The notes under the pieces: generated by a model
Databases searched by the model: none
The model's input: only the letters and a program-made list of their open reading frames with translations
Told to the model about the DNA's origin: nothing
Part shown: positions 35,342 through 49,653 of the stretch, piece by piece
Position numbering within the stretch: the first letter of the stretch is position 1
Layout: the number at the start of each line of letters is the position of its first letter
Source: Saccostrea cucullata
Taxonomy: Eukaryota
DNA: 64,000 nt
Reading direction: 5' to 3'
Assembly (NCBI RefSeq): GCF_032062105.1
Contig: NW_026933663.1
Location: forward strand, 124,001-188,000
Translations under genes and position numbers: made by a program

Positions 35342-38298
35342 CGAGGGTTGTCCCGTAAAATCGTGGACAAAGCGTTTTTCTCGAAAAGTAATGGGCGCAA
35401 TAAGCTGAAAATTTCAGTTAAAGTTTATTTATCATATTCAGTGCATGATAATATTTTTGATAAAGTCTAGGCAAAAATAATTTTTTATAATGCTTAAATG
35501 TGCACAGGGTATTGTCCTTCTGCGCACGGACCAAAAAACCAAGGTTTTATTAAAGAATACACAAGTTTGAATTCAAAATAAAACTTTTAAATACATACGA
35601 TTCGGATTAACATTCTCCCAATTCAATTCCACAATCAATTTTGTAGTCTTTTAAAAAAAAATAAGGCATTTGGTTAATTTTTGGCAGTTTCTCAAACATT
35701 CGAAATGGGAAAGTGGTAAACACGACATATAAAAAATGGCGACGTTTTATGACGTTACGGCGCACCGAAGAGCAGTCCCGTTTTAATTCGATGTTGTAAT
35801 GACACCTTTAGAGACTTGAAATGACCATAGAAGAAAAAAAGATTATATAAATACAGTGTATCACCATATCTAAAGTATACAAATGAAAGGATCACTTCAT
35901 TATAAATAGGGATCTGACCTATATGACCGGGCTTGGTTTTATTCTCTACAAAAAGCTTGCCGATTTCCGTTCTGATTAATGACATTAGACTGAATACATA
36001 TAACAATTTGTTTTTCCTAAATCTTTATATCAGTGAGGAGAGTTGGGAGCTGAACCCTTTCATAGATTTCTGAGTTTGTTATCTCCAAACATAATAATTG
36101 ATATTTTTCTTTACTTCTCATTGTGCTTAATGGTAATGTCTTCTGTCTCTGAAATTTATTCTTTATGTTCAGGCTAATTATCCGTGGATATAATAAAACA
36201 TGCAATTAATGTGTGCAAATTATATAGGCCTAAATAATATCCAAGGAAACAGTTGCCGATATATGTAGACAAAGTCAATGTGATAAAATTCTAAAGAATA
36301 TATACAAATGAAATTCATCGCAGCTCGATGCTGCCAAGAATACCTGTATCGAGTAACACAAAGTGAGCTTTTCTTGTCCTCGGAGAAAGTGTGCTTATAT
36401 TGTTCCGCCTGACTGACAATTGTACATTGGATTGTTACGATCTGATATCTCTGTAGAATTTCTCATATCAAGAATGGGCATGCATAAAGGATAGATAATT
36501 GAAAGTAAATGCACAGGTCTATAAAAAAATGAAATAGTCTTTGAAAAGGCGAAAAATTAAAACTTTAAAAGTGTGGTACCAGGTGGATTCGAACCCTCGA
36601 CTTTAAAAAAAAAAGTATCGTCAATGTAAAACTTAGCACATGTATCAACTGAGCTAGTCTGACTATACATTTGTTTGGTATAAATTTTAACGGATTATCA
36701 AAATCAGGTTTCCTTATTTTTTGTAGGTTTTGTGAATTTCGACCCTAGGGCAGGGGTGCCCCTAAAAAAGTCATATCTTAAGTTATTCTTTACATCCTAA
36801 CCTATCAAAATATCACAGTTTTATTTAGGGACAGGCCTGCCCTGAAAGACTTCTAGGCCAAAATACATGCCAAAATCAACGCTTTAATGGACAAAATGGT
36901 GTTTTGGCCAACTTTGGAGGTTTATTGTACAGTTTTAAATAGGGATGTCAAAATATTAATTTTCCTTAGTCGAACATTCGATTGCATTATTCGAACGATA
37001 GTCGACTATTCGGAACATTTAATATTATTTTTTTTATATAGCACAGTGTTTTTGAAATCTTATTAATTAAAATAAATTGGAAATGGGGAAATGTAAACAC
37101 ACACTATCAACATATCTGATGAAAATGTCAAATGCTGTTTGTTAAATTTATGATTGCCCAAGCTATATCAATGTTTCTTTTATGTAAGATTATTAAGGTT
37201 TTAATAATAATCAAACTTTAAAACTTCACGGCTATGCAAGTACCGTGTGTTCCTAAGCATTTGAAATTTCTAGAGTTTATAAATATAATTGGTACAAGTC
37301 AATTAAATAATTTCCACAGTCCAATATAGCGTTGCATAATTTACCACGTACAATAACAAAACAAAGTCAGTGATTGAGAAAAAATTACTGTATGTAATTA
37401 CTGTTTTTCTTTATGTACAATGTGGAAAATTATTTATATACCGTGACTGTATTTGAGCTCTTATTCGTCTGAGGACGTACACTTTACAGCTGTATAGTTT
37501 GACGAAGGATCCTTTTTCAAACTTGAGATGAGAATTTCATTTTCACCCCCTTTTCTTGCATTTTTTTAATATTCGAATGTTGTTTCATTATTCGATCGTC
37601 AGTCCATTCGACTGACAGTCGAATAGTCGACTATTCGTTGACATCCCTAGTTTTAAATAATAAATATTAGGTATAAAATACAAATTTGAAAAATTTAGAC
37701 ATATATACGATAGAAAATAACAAATAAAGATTAATTTTTGAATGTCACTTTTTCCGGGAAATTGTTCTCTCCTATAGGTCAATTCTTTTGTCAAAGCGAA
37801 TACATCCTTTTCAAAGCGAAGTCTATTTTGATCGAGTCCTTAGGGAGTACAAAACATACGGACAAACTCATAATGAAACAGCAAAAGACGCTGTTACAGT
37901 AGACCGCCGATATGAGATTTTCTATTAGTTTAATGATGGTGGGAATATTGTCCGTAACTTACTGATAAATTTTCAGAAGATCGATAAGAGTGCCAATAGG
38001 TTCTTCGACTGTTTATGGACACTTAAGAATGTGTATCAATGAAATACCTATATTTAAGTCGGACTCATCCAACTTAATTTCCAGCAAAGATAAAACGTGA
38101 TGCTGTTTTAGACACTTTGACGTTATAATCCATGCGCCGTAAGGTGATATAATACATGGCATAAAATCACATAATTTGTTTATTTATGCATATATTTACC
38201 TGAAATTTGCTATGTATTTTACTAAAATATGTACTGAATATTAGTGAAAATTTCAGAACGCTAGACAACTTCTCCACGATTTTACGGGACAACCCTCC
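35342..38298. mobile_element. Tc1/mariner-like non-autonomous DNA transposon
   Basis: Terminal inverted repeats (C/G)GAGGGTTGTCCCGTAAAATCGTGGA at both ends, TA on both flanks, no transposase ORF. Confidence 0.85.
36940..37649. mobile_element. hAT non-autonomous element nested in the mariner-like element
   Basis: TIR TAGGGATGTCAA / TTGACATCCCTA, 8-bp TSD GTTTTAAA (36932-36939, 37650-37657), subterminal ATAGTCGACTAT palindromes. Confidence 0.9.
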
Positions 38299-38905
38299 TA
38301 TATGCTATGATGTATAATATAATTACAGATAAGCTTACGATGTCTGAATTTTAATCCAATTTCCGAAGCTTCAAACTTTGTAGAAATGTGTGTTAAATAA
38401 AGTACAGTGAGACTCTTTCACAAAATATCGAAAAAGAAATTGCTTTAGTTAATGAGATGAGAGATTATTGTTTTAGCTGAAATCTTAAGAAGGTTCCATG
38501 AAGGAACATACGGTAACCAGAGTGTGTGTATCAGTGAATGTCCAATTTAAGTTTGGACTTTAAAACCTTTTTTAGCAAGAACATTAATTAGCTACGTTGA
38601 CATTATCATTCGTACTCAAAAAGGTATTATCAAACATAACACACTATCCAATAAGTTGCCTTTTTAAGCAAACAGCTATGTGTATCGTGTTCCGTTTATT
38701 CAGGAGAAATGCACTGAAATATTGTTAAAATTTTATGAAGAATTGTTGATAATTTTTTATTTACACAAGCTATATACAATTTTAACTGACAATTTAAAGA
38801 TTTTTCTTACTTCTTGAGGTATTTGTAAATAATTTTTTATACTATCAATAAATTCTTTTTTGACTTTATACCATTATTTAAAACAAACAAAATATTTAGT
38901 ATAGC

Positions 38906-39180
38906 TTTTTAGTTTACCTGAGCTGATCGAAAGCTCATGTCTCAGCTTTTCTGACCACATATTGTTTTAGTAGGTCTGTTCCTCTGTAAAATTTTCAAGT
39001 GTTCTACTTCTTCTCCAGAACCATTTGTCCAATTTTAACCAAACATGCCACAAAGCATTCATGAGTGAAGGGAATTCCTGTTTGTTTCAACGAAGTGCAA
39101 TGTCTTCACTCAAAGGGAGATAAATTATGAATAGTAAAAATATGGTATGTTTTAAAAACCTTCTTCTCAAGAACTACTGA
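38906..39180 (+). mobile_element. Truncated HINE (5' part)
   Basis: Degenerate copy of 29152-29440. Confidence 0.6.
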
Positions 39181-39227
39181 AACAACAAAAAAAGTTTAAA
39201 CTTATATGATACCTTCTTTACATAACG

Positions 39228-39442
39228 TCGCCCGCGTGGTGCAGTCGTTAGGCATCTGCTCTAAAGTCGCGAAGTAAGGAGTTGATCCTGACGTCGCGGT
39301 TTCGAATCCCACTGTAAGACGTGGAGACCGGTCCTTTCGGATGAGACTGTATAAACAGAGTTCCAGACCCGTGTCATTGTATGTTCAGGCACGAAAAAGA
39401 TCCCTTCTTGTTCAATGGCCCTGCCTGCCGAGCATAGGACAT
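39228..39442 (+). mobile_element. tRNA-head SINE, shared body
   Basis: GCGTGGTGCAGTCG..GGTTTCGAATCCC head followed by GGTCCTTTCGGATGAGACTGTATAAAC. Confidence 0.7.
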
Positions 39443-39597
39443 AAAGTAGCGAAAAATACGTCATCAATTCAGTGTATAAAAATGGACTTGCCATTAGTTT
39501 GAAAAAAAAAAAACATCAGTCTGTGTTTGACTCAATAATAAATTGTATTTGCTGACAAAGTCATTGCATCGGCCATAGATCTTACGAAATGATTACT

Positions 39598-40672
39598 TTA
39601 ATCGCATTTATCACCATATTTTGATAAATGCGTTTAATACCAGTGCAAGGGAGATAACTCGTGCGTTCTAATTGTAGTAGTTAAACATTATCGAGACTAT
39701 GGGTTTTAAATAGATGACGTAATATTATCAAGCACCTTATGACGCTGATTGTCATAATCTACCGAAAAAGCTAGATGGGTAGACATGTTGCAAAATTTCA
39801 TGTCATAACACTATCACAAATATCCGCTGCCATCGGGTCGTAATGTCACACAATCCAAGGAAGATGGGGAAAGAACAATTTAGACTGCGACATCAAATCG
39901 TATAAGGATACCAAGTGAAAGGATGGCCGAGATAGCAGCCAAGAGGGGGGTATGAGGATGACACACACGCCGCTCCGGATTCTAGATGGGTCGGGTCTGG
40001 AGATTGAGCAACCCAAATTAGATGTAGTGCAGGCTGTTCTGCAGGATCGGGATCACTGATTTACCCAGTCATCCATAGCTAAAAGGAGCACAAGTGGCAA
40101 ATTTCATGGGGGTGAGGTTAAATATGTATCATGGATATGTATACATGCATTAATTTTATTATTTTGACACAACAATAAAAAAAAAAAGGAATAATATTAT
40201 TACTCGAGTATACGGAATGTCGGTGTTTATACGTGGCTTGGGTCTCTGGATTTGGGTCGGGGTGCGTGTTGGTGGCTTGTTGTGCGGCCATGATGATAAA
40301 TGTGTGTACGTAATGATAATCGAGAGTACCTCGCAGTTATCTTCTTTTGTGGGGAAGTCGAGAAAGTTCTATATACATTTCTGGGGCATGGCATTGTTTC
40401 AGTAGTGACAATCGAATGATTCGAACAACCAATATTCAAAAGTGACAATCTTCAGTCAAAAGTATAAGGTACTCCCAAGAAGTGAACCTCGGATTCTAGA
40501 TTGTCAAATAAATAAATAAATTAAAAAAAAATAAATAAATAAAAATAATAAAAAAAAAAGAGTACAGGGTATTTCACTAGCTATGTAAAGTGACTATTTT
40601 CGGTGGAAATTGAATGAGAAGAGTCTGCTTCGTTAAATATCGTAAGATGAAACATTCGAGCATAAGCTCATC

Positions 40673-40705
<33 letters not shown>

Positions 40706-43700
40706 ATATTTGGTTGGTTTAGAGCATGTTTAGCAAGATGTGTAACAAGTTTCCTTTCTTATCTTTCCATATAAATTCGCAATTATCCTTTTCATATACC
40801 AACGCTATAGATTATTCATGCTAGTGTGCGTTAATTTTTGGTTGGTGGTAATACTCCGGATCATGCCGGATCCGAACTAGGAGCAGTATTCCAATAAATA
40901 AATTGTCATTGGGGTAGGATTGAGTTTGAGTTATATGGGTAATGTAACTATCATCATGGCTACAATATGAATAATTATCTCTACGATCATTTCATGGGAA
41001 ATTAGATAATGTTGCATTTACAGCTTATGCCAAAAGGGCATTGATACCCGGGTACCCCCCCCCCCCCCCGCCCGGTCCTAAGCATGGCTCTCTCTCTGAC
41101 TGGTAGAAGTTATGACCACAATCACCTCATATTGTCATGAGTAAGCCTTGTGCCAAAGGGGGTAATTTCACTTATAAATTATTGACTTTTACAATTTAGA
41201 TGCAAGTCCCCGATCTGGATACATGTACAGTGAAATGAAGTAAAGTAGATGAACCAGTACAGTGTATTTATTAATCACCTATTGGGCCTGAGTATATCTA
41301 GAATGCATTCTGTTTGTCGTATATTACCCCCCCCCCCTCAATATCTCTTTAACAAACCCTTGCCAGGTCGGACAAAGTTTGAAAAAATATTCAAAATGTA
41401 ATTAATTACATGAATGAAGATAATTTTTCATTTTACAGGAAAATTGGGAGACACTATTTGTAAGCATGTGCTAGATATTTTTCATTAGGTTTGTGTTGAA
41501 CGTGGCATACAGGTATCCAAAGACAAGACAGCGGAACTCACATCAGGTTTGACTCTATGGGATAGTATGGAGACTAGCTATGCTTATGTGTTTAAACTGA
41601 GCTATTTAATAATCCCAAAGATAGGTGTCTAGATGCCTAACACCAATTAAGTAACACAAATAAAATTAAAAAAAAAAAGTTATATTCAATATGGATAATT
41701 TTCTTAGGGAAAGCACATGTTTTTACACCAGGTATGTGTTATATAAGGATTGAAGAAAATATAAGAACTAAATACCATAACGTATATAAATAACATGTCA
41801 TGCATTTCCCCCAAATGCCAGGATACCTGTAAATGTATTTTTTTTTTCCTCCACGAATTTACAATGTAAAATTGCACAACTAGCTTAGGGTTTTTCATTT
41901 GCATTTTCTGAAAACATGCATATTTTGAAATTGGATAATTTTTTCTTTCTATGACATGATTTCAGGTAACTCTAACGATACATGTAAGTTCGAAGAAATA
42001 TCATTGGTACAATGTAAATACACATTACTTTATAAGGAGTTAGCATTTTTTTTTTTTTTGAGAATGTTCAATTAATTGCCGATTTTATAACCGAGGGGTC
42101 TGACTGCCTTATTCATTTTAATAGTCTAAGGAGGTTAGGGGGTCATATAATATCATAAGCTGTCAACTATCATTTGGCAAGGGAAATCTCATAAATTTTA
42201 GTTTTAATTTGATCATTTTAGTGTATCTTTAGATGGAGCCCTTCTTCCAGAGGAGATCAAAATAGTCAAAAATGGCCACCCCCCCCCCCCCCTTTTACTC
42301 TTTTTCCAAAGAAGAGGTCATTGGCTTTCAATACATTACAGTTATTTACAGATATATATAATAACTATAAGTAGATATATACAGGTGATATATCTAGGGT
42401 TTTTGGGGAATTTCTTTTCACAAAGAGTAAGCTTTAGAGGATCGCCATATTATGTTCGAATAGATAAGAATGACACGTTTGGTATTTGATAAAAACAACA
42501 TTTATACAAAATATTATACATGTAGGTATCTATCTATCCATCTCTCAATACTCGCCCACAAATTTTGTGTACTCTGAGTAATGTGCGCATCTGATTAAAA
42601 GATATAAAAAGTACAGAAAAGTAAATTTCAATGCTTTGGAAAGGGAACGTATTAAATTATTAGTGAAGATAAAAATTTTAGAAACAGTATTCACAGTTAA
42701 AATAAATAAAAACACTATAATATGATTAAGGTCTCGGGTGATACAGTTTGCTCACTTCCAGTGAAACGTTTAACATCTGGAGTCGAGAGGTACCTTTCAT
42801 ACTGACGAGCAAAATTTGTACTTAATATCAATTATCTCACTATTTTAGTTAAGCTAAATTATTTAAGAGCTCATTAGTAGTTATATCAAATTACATTGCA
42901 GATTCTGTTTGACAGTGGCTTCTTTTTGGGTTTTGGGGTCCTCGTGCATCTCAGGTCAATAACAGAAACAGAAGTTTCGATAATGGGTCCACTCCTTTCA
43001 AGCAATGTCACATTGGCATCATTAAGCTAACTGGAGGAAAAAATCATGAAGAATTATAGTCTGAACTTGGTACAGCCATGTCCAATTTTGGGTTTTATTT
43101 CAATGGTAATCACCTAACTTATAATGCATTATTCGGGTGATGACATACCCCATTGCCTGACACCCGTGGCTAGTAAATGTAAGGGAGGTGCAAGTGAATT
43201 GTACCAACCATTTGCCCGGGGAATAAAAACAATATGTAAGACAGATTAAAGCTTGGCATAGGGGCTTACATGATCTATTCAGTATTTGTCTTCCCCCCTT
43301 TTATATAAATACAGTATTATCGTATGGTAGGGCAAGCCATTTCTGGAACATGAACAAATTCTGCGTTAGATCTCACTATTTTCAGCAGCAGCATTATAGG
43401 TCATTCCCGAACAAATTATCAAACTAAAGGCCAGAAGCAGGTATCCATAGATTGTGTGTAGTTTTGGATATTGGGATAGGGCATTCATAAGATATTGAGA
43501 TACCCAATGTGAGACCATTTGTCCGTGAGGGAAAAACCCTCAATTTGATAAAAAGATTTAAAAAAAAAAAGGAATTTAATTGATTCTTTGTTTTAGAATA
43601 AATTGAATTGCACTTGGATGGAACATGTACATGTTGGTTTCAATGACCCGGGAATCTCGCCTGGATCATTATGGTTTCATAGTATAGAACTTTCCTGCAA

Positions 43701-45565
43701 GTTATTGGTACAAATTCAATTAGTCGGTCTGATAGAAGTTTATCTCAAGATACAAGAACGAGTCTTCATTACATGCGGACCCTAGCTTACAAGTGTCTCT
43801 TATACATGTACATTTATAAAATTTGATATTTAAAGGTCAGGTGGGTGAAATGCTGAATTAAAACTTTCATAGATACATCTTACGCGTTATTGGCGGGTGA
43901 ACTTGTATAGACAAGTTCATTTGGCGGAGTTCGGGGATTACCACGAATGATGATTTCTACCATGTTTGGGTCAAAACTCTGGGTAATCTATCTTCAGAAC
44001 TGGGGAAGATTTTGGGGTTACCTCAGCGGTACCTGAGGGACCGGCTTGATCCTTGTGGTACCAAGGGCAGGTTTTGGGGGTCTAAGGTACCCAGCTACCC
44101 CTGGGGGTGTTATCCCCATGTTGTTGTTGTATTCCAGGGGAGACAGGTATAGAGTGAGGACCTGGGTCAGAACTTGAATTCATTCATTCCATGTGGCATT
44201 CACTCTTGTGGGTTCCAAGAGGTCTGTTCCCACCACAGTCACCTGTGGGTGCGCTATCGCGCCAGGTCAGTAGGGAGGTAATCCCGGTAGGCAGGTAGTG
44301 ATTCTCTGGATTCCGCCGGGGTATTTACATCTATGTATAAATAGATTGTGACAAATACTTGCCACGAAATGTAATATTGTTTTACAATAAATGTGATTAA
44401 AGCTAATTTTGTTTCTATTCATTGCATCTGGGATTAATCGCATTTATCACCATATTTTGATAAATGCGTTTAATACCAGTGCAAGGGAGATAACTCGTGC
44501 GTTCTAATTGTAGTAGTTAAACATTATCGAGACTATGGGTTTTAAATAGATGACGTAATATTATCAAGCACCTTATGACGCTGATTGTCATAATCTACCG
44601 AAAAAGCTAGAAGGGTAGACATGTTGCAAAATTTCACCCACCCACCCTTCCCTAAAATTTGTGTACATGATTTTTTTGTTTTCTCTTCTGTAATTTCAGT
44701 GACAGAAGCATATTCCTTAATGGAAAGTGTTGTGTATGTGGAACACCCAAACGGTTGGAATCGGAATCAAAGGATGGATGTGGTCATTATGTATATGGTG
44801 GGGACCGTTTGGTGTCCATCGGACATTTTCTGTTGTAACAAATGATTCAATACTGAGTTTTATTGGAAATTTCTAAGGTGTGATATATAATCAGAAAGTC
44901 AGTGTCATTGGTGATCATTGATAATTATGTGTTATGTACACTGTACAGTGTTAATTACTTTTTTTTAAAGTATCGCAAGCAACAAAGCTTGTATACATAT
45001 AATTTTGGGATTATGGTAACGTTCTTGAAGTCACAATCTGGGTTGGGGGCGGCGGAGTTCGGGGATTACCACGAATGATGATTTCTACCATGTCTGGCTC
45101 AAAACTCTGGGTAATCTATCCTCAGAACTGGGGAAGATTTTGGGGTTACCTCAGCGGTACCTGAGGGACCGGCTTGATCCTTGTGGTACCAAGGGCAGGT
45201 TTTGGGGGTCTAAGGTACCCAGCTACCCCTGGGGGTGTTATCCCCATGTTGTTGTTGTATTCCAGGGGAGACAGGTATAGAGTGAGGACCTGGGTCAGAA
45301 CTTGAATTCATTCATTCCATGTGGCATTCACTCTTGTGGGTTCCAAGAGGTCTGTTCCCACCACAGTCACCTGTGGGTGCGCTATCGCGCCAGGTCAGTA
45401 GGGAGGTAATCCCGGTAGGCAGGTAGTGATTCTCTGGATTCCGCCGGGGTATTTACATCTATGTATAAATAGATTGTGACAAATACTTGCCACGAAATGT
45501 AATATTGTTTTACAATAAATGTGATTAAAGCTAATTTTGTTTCTATTCATTGCATCTGGGATTAA
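39598..45565 (+). mobile_element. Non-autonomous element with split direct repeats (A1..B1-A2..B2), tyrosine-recombinase retrotransposon-like (Ngaro/PAT architecture)
   Basis: A1 39598-39800 = A2 44434-44636 (203 bp, 1 mismatch); B1 43923-44437 = B2 45051-45565 (515 bp, 3 mismatches). B1 and A2 overlap at TTAA, and both termini sit at a TTAA that splits a Penelope-like copy. Confidence 0.75.
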
Positions 45566-45897
45566 ACAAGACTGATGATATTCTTGCTTCATCAACTTAA
45601 TTGTCAATAATTTACCTCGTTTAAGAAATTGTGACATCTTTTCAAATAAGTGATTCAAGGTCCTCTATATCAACTATATTATGTCACCTGTAATGAAGGA
45701 TTGTAGTTAAAGGATGTTAAAGTACATGAACTCTATGGAGGATTATGTTTCAGTAACTCGATATCCAGGCCATGTAAAGTTTTTTTTGTAATTGAAAATT
45801 TTGAAAGCAAGGGTCGATGTATATTTGTTGGAAATACGATGTGTAGTCTTTTACTTGAAATATGGAGTCATCTAAGACTGCACCCTTTTTTGATTAA

Positions 45898-46245
45898 GAA
45901 GAAGGATATGGAGATAACGTACAGTATTCAATCTCAACGTCCATTAAACAATATACAAAATAAGAGCAGAGCAAACACGGACCTCTGAAACATGGGAGGT
46001 GGGATCAGGTGCCATGGAGGAGTGAGCATCCCCTGCCGACCGGTCACACCCGCCGTGTGCTCGTTGTCATGATCAGGAAATAGCGGAAAAAATCCGTCGT
46101 CAATTCTGTGTATAAATAATGGACTAACAATTGGTATGAAAAACGTCAGTCAGCATATGACTCAATGATAAATTGTATTTGCTGACAAGGTCATTGTATC
46201 GACCATAGAATTTACGAAATGATGACTTTAAACGAGACTGTTGAT
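45898..46245 (-). mobile_element. 3' fragment of the Penelope-like element
   Basis: Reverse complement of about 61977-62324; shows the uninterrupted GACTTTAAACGAG target. Confidence 0.85.
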
Positions 46246-47811
46246 TTTCTAATATTATTTATATTAACCGGTTTACACGTCAATTCCCTTATTGGCATAC
46301 TGAAGTTTAAGGAACAGACGGATTTGCTTTAACTGCATTTATTCTGTAAAAAGTGCTGGTATCAAAAGACTATGATTTGCAGTATCCATAATCATATATC
46401 CGAGCCTATATTCTGGTGTCATGGAATCAAATTAGGACTTTCCTGACCTTTTAAAGAATATATACTATTTAAAAGTTTCATAGGGACAGAGTAAAATTTT
46501 GTGCATATATGATGTAGACCTAACTGTTGATTTAAATAAAGTAGTAATAATTCAAAAGTGACATCGTGTATTACATGTTTATTATAAGACCGATCGAAAG
46601 AAATATTTAACTGTATTTTAATAATGTAAGAAATCTGTAAAGCTTTTAATAAAATCCTTATTCTGTTGATTTAAGCATTTCACAAACGTTAAAAGAAACA
46701 AACCTATCAAGCTGATTGTCTGAAGTCAGGGCGTCAGGCTGTAAAAGGATTGATATTTGCAAAATCCGAAACTTATACATCATACCTAGAGGGCTAGATT
46801 TTGTGCAAGCTGATTTAAATTGGAATTCTTTAACTGCATTTTAAAAGAAACAGTTTTCAGAAAAAAGAATGATACTACTGATTCAAAATACTGTAGTGTT
46901 TACTTCCTTTCATCTTTTTGCATGGAACAATTAATACTCAATGTTTCAACATGAAAGTTTATTCTTTTTCTGCATTTCTGTACTACTGGATCAGTCCATT
47001 TATATTCTACAAAAGGGGTGTTTTGATCTTTTCCGCCAAATATCACAGTAAGCTTTCTCTGTGCCTTTTCCTTGGATTGTTCTATTGTGTGAATGGGTGT
47101 GCTAACTTCTTTGAAATAAAATAAAGTTTGTCCTTTTAACCCCCTTCTAGTACTTCAGAAATTTTCTCTACACATTTTACCTCATTTTTTAAAGCCGCTT
47201 AGTCTGATTCTAATCGGTAAAAAATATATTCCTTTTCTTTTTGGAAAATTTAAAAGATATCAAAATTCAAATGTTTAAAAAATAATTTCTGTTAGGTCAC
47301 ACAATAAATAATCCTTTGATGATATTGCGTGAAATCATCTTCGAAAAATTAAATTTATCGCTTACATGTTTAACTCATGACGAACAAACCTGAGCTTTTT
47401 TCACAACAATGTACCTATACAGACGGGCAATATTTTACTTAATTTCCTTTTAAAAAAATCTTTAAAGATATCTGATTTTCCTTAATTCTCTTAATATGCA
47501 TATTAATATAAAAATTGTTATGGATTATATTCAATTAATTTCTTAATTTTTGAAAGATATATATGACTTAAACTTCTACTAATGAAAATAAATACTAGGG
47601 TTTGAAGTCTCTTCATAATAAGATATAACAGATAAATTTATTTCTTTCAAAGGTGACTTTACAACAGGTTTCCGTCAGGAACATCTGTTTTTCGATAAGG
47701 TTTTTGATCTATGTTTTCCATGTAAGGATTGTTGTAATAAACTATTAAATCAATCGTATGATTTATAATTTATTATTTTTTTTTTATTATCTATGTAATG
47801 ACGTATGTTGC

Positions 47812-47969
47812 AACCACTATTGAAATACAACCACTATTGAAATAATTATATTAATAGTGGTTGAGAGTGCATTTCAATAGCAAACATAGTTAGTAACCAC
47901 TATTGAAATACAACCACTATTGAAATAATTATATCAATAGTGGTTGAGAGTGCATTTCAATAGCAAACA
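47812..47969. repeat. Two-copy tandem duplication (period ~83 bp) of AACCACTATTGAAATA motifs with internal inverted copies
   Basis: Directly visible. Confidence 0.8.
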
Positions 47970-49653
47970 CAACTTAAAAATAAAACTCAAAATCAACTTT
48001 GCAATGTAGTTTTATATTTTAAATGCATTTAAAGCTCCTGGAAGCTAAAGAGTACTGCGTATAGGAAACATCTTTACCTACCCATAATCTGCATGTATTT
48101 GCTTATTGCTTACATCATTAATAAATTTGTTTGTACTTCAGTGTAAAGTAAATGATTTAAAAATTATTCTGCGCAGAACTTCTGTTCTTTAAATTTTAAA
48201 AATGTTTTTTTTTTCAGTTCTGATATGCTATTTACGAACAGGCGTTTACAAAAAAAGATGAGATATATGTGCGTATTTAAAAAAAAATCGGTGATTGATG
48301 TAAACAAAGCAAACTATTTTGAATATATCATAAAAAGGATATTAATTGTGCTAAAGTTTGAATTCCCAAGATAAGAGTGATATATCGTCCTTGTTGAACG
48401 ATGAATGTATCAGTGAAATCGTTATTGTGAGACAGGTAAATTAGAAAATGACACAAAGAAAAAATAAGGCGAATCATGTTTTTTCCCCATTAAATATTAA
48501 AATTTATGCATTTAATCCTGCTAAAGAAATCATATCTTGGATATATTTTTGTTTGTAAATTTATGAATGTACCTTAATTTGTTATTTTTATATATAAGTA
48601 ACTGTAAATAAATTTTAATATTGTTTTAAGGAATAAGGAAGAAATTCCAAGACGGAATAAACAACAACATAAATAGAAAGAAAACTTACATGCTAAAGGA
48701 TTGGTTATTCCAATACACGAGTTAAAGATGTAGAAGAAAACAATAAAGATAAATTAAATTGAAGATGTATTAAATCGGAAAGAAAAAGCAAAAAAATGTA
48801 GTTAAAAAATCCACGATATCTTCATTCCTGTAAGTTAGTCCCATCGTATATAAATAAGATAGATAAATATTAATAGAGTTGGTTGATAAAAGAGACAAGA
48901 GAAAAAGAATGTAACTGTCATAGGTATTGACATATTTTAAACGTTTACTGTTGATTTTGAAAAACAAATATAACATTATTTTTTATTTTATTTAAAGAAA
49001 TATGCTTTTGAATTTGAATGATTTTTTTATTATTTAATTACATGTAGCTTCCATTTTTGAGGAAGCTTTAATTCAATATACCTAGAATTTTGACATTTCA
49101 CATAAATTAATAAATGTGTTCATCGAAAACAGAATCCAAATCTCCCCTTTACGTCTATTTCTAAAGACACATATTTCAGTTAGTACTAATTCAAAATAAA
49201 AGTTTTAAATAGATACGATTTGGTTAAAACTATATTATATCGATTTCATAATCTATTTTGTTTTGTAGTCTTTTTGAACATTTCCAGGCATTTATTGAGT
49301 AACGAGTAATAATAATATAAAAAACAAAATTGTTAATATGTACAAATATTCATTGCGATTTTCTTGTTTTAGGAAGTAAGGTTACATGTATAACACTATA
49401 TGTAAACATAATACATATTAGGATTTTACAATAAATTATGTAAACATGGCAATTTTAAATCTATATATTTACTTCATAGTATATACTATTGATACCATCA
49501 TTATGTCAAGAATAAAGTCTATCATTTATTAAAATGTTTAACTTTGCTTAAACATGTGTGCACAACTATGGATATAAATTGTAAGACATAAGTGCTTAAC
49601 TTTTCATAACTTGCGTGAACAAGAATGGGTATAAAGATTTAAGATATAAAAAT

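Noticed and set aside
36573-36660. tRNA gene (GGTTCGAATCC B box on -)
   Set aside because: Interrupted by an A-rich tract with no full cloverleaf; a tRNA-derived repeat remnant, like the SINE heads.
39598-45565. piggyBac/Kolobok or LTR element (TTAA at both ends, long repeats)
   Set aside because: No terminal inverted repeats, no TG..CA ends, PBS or PPT; the repeats are split rather than terminal pairs.
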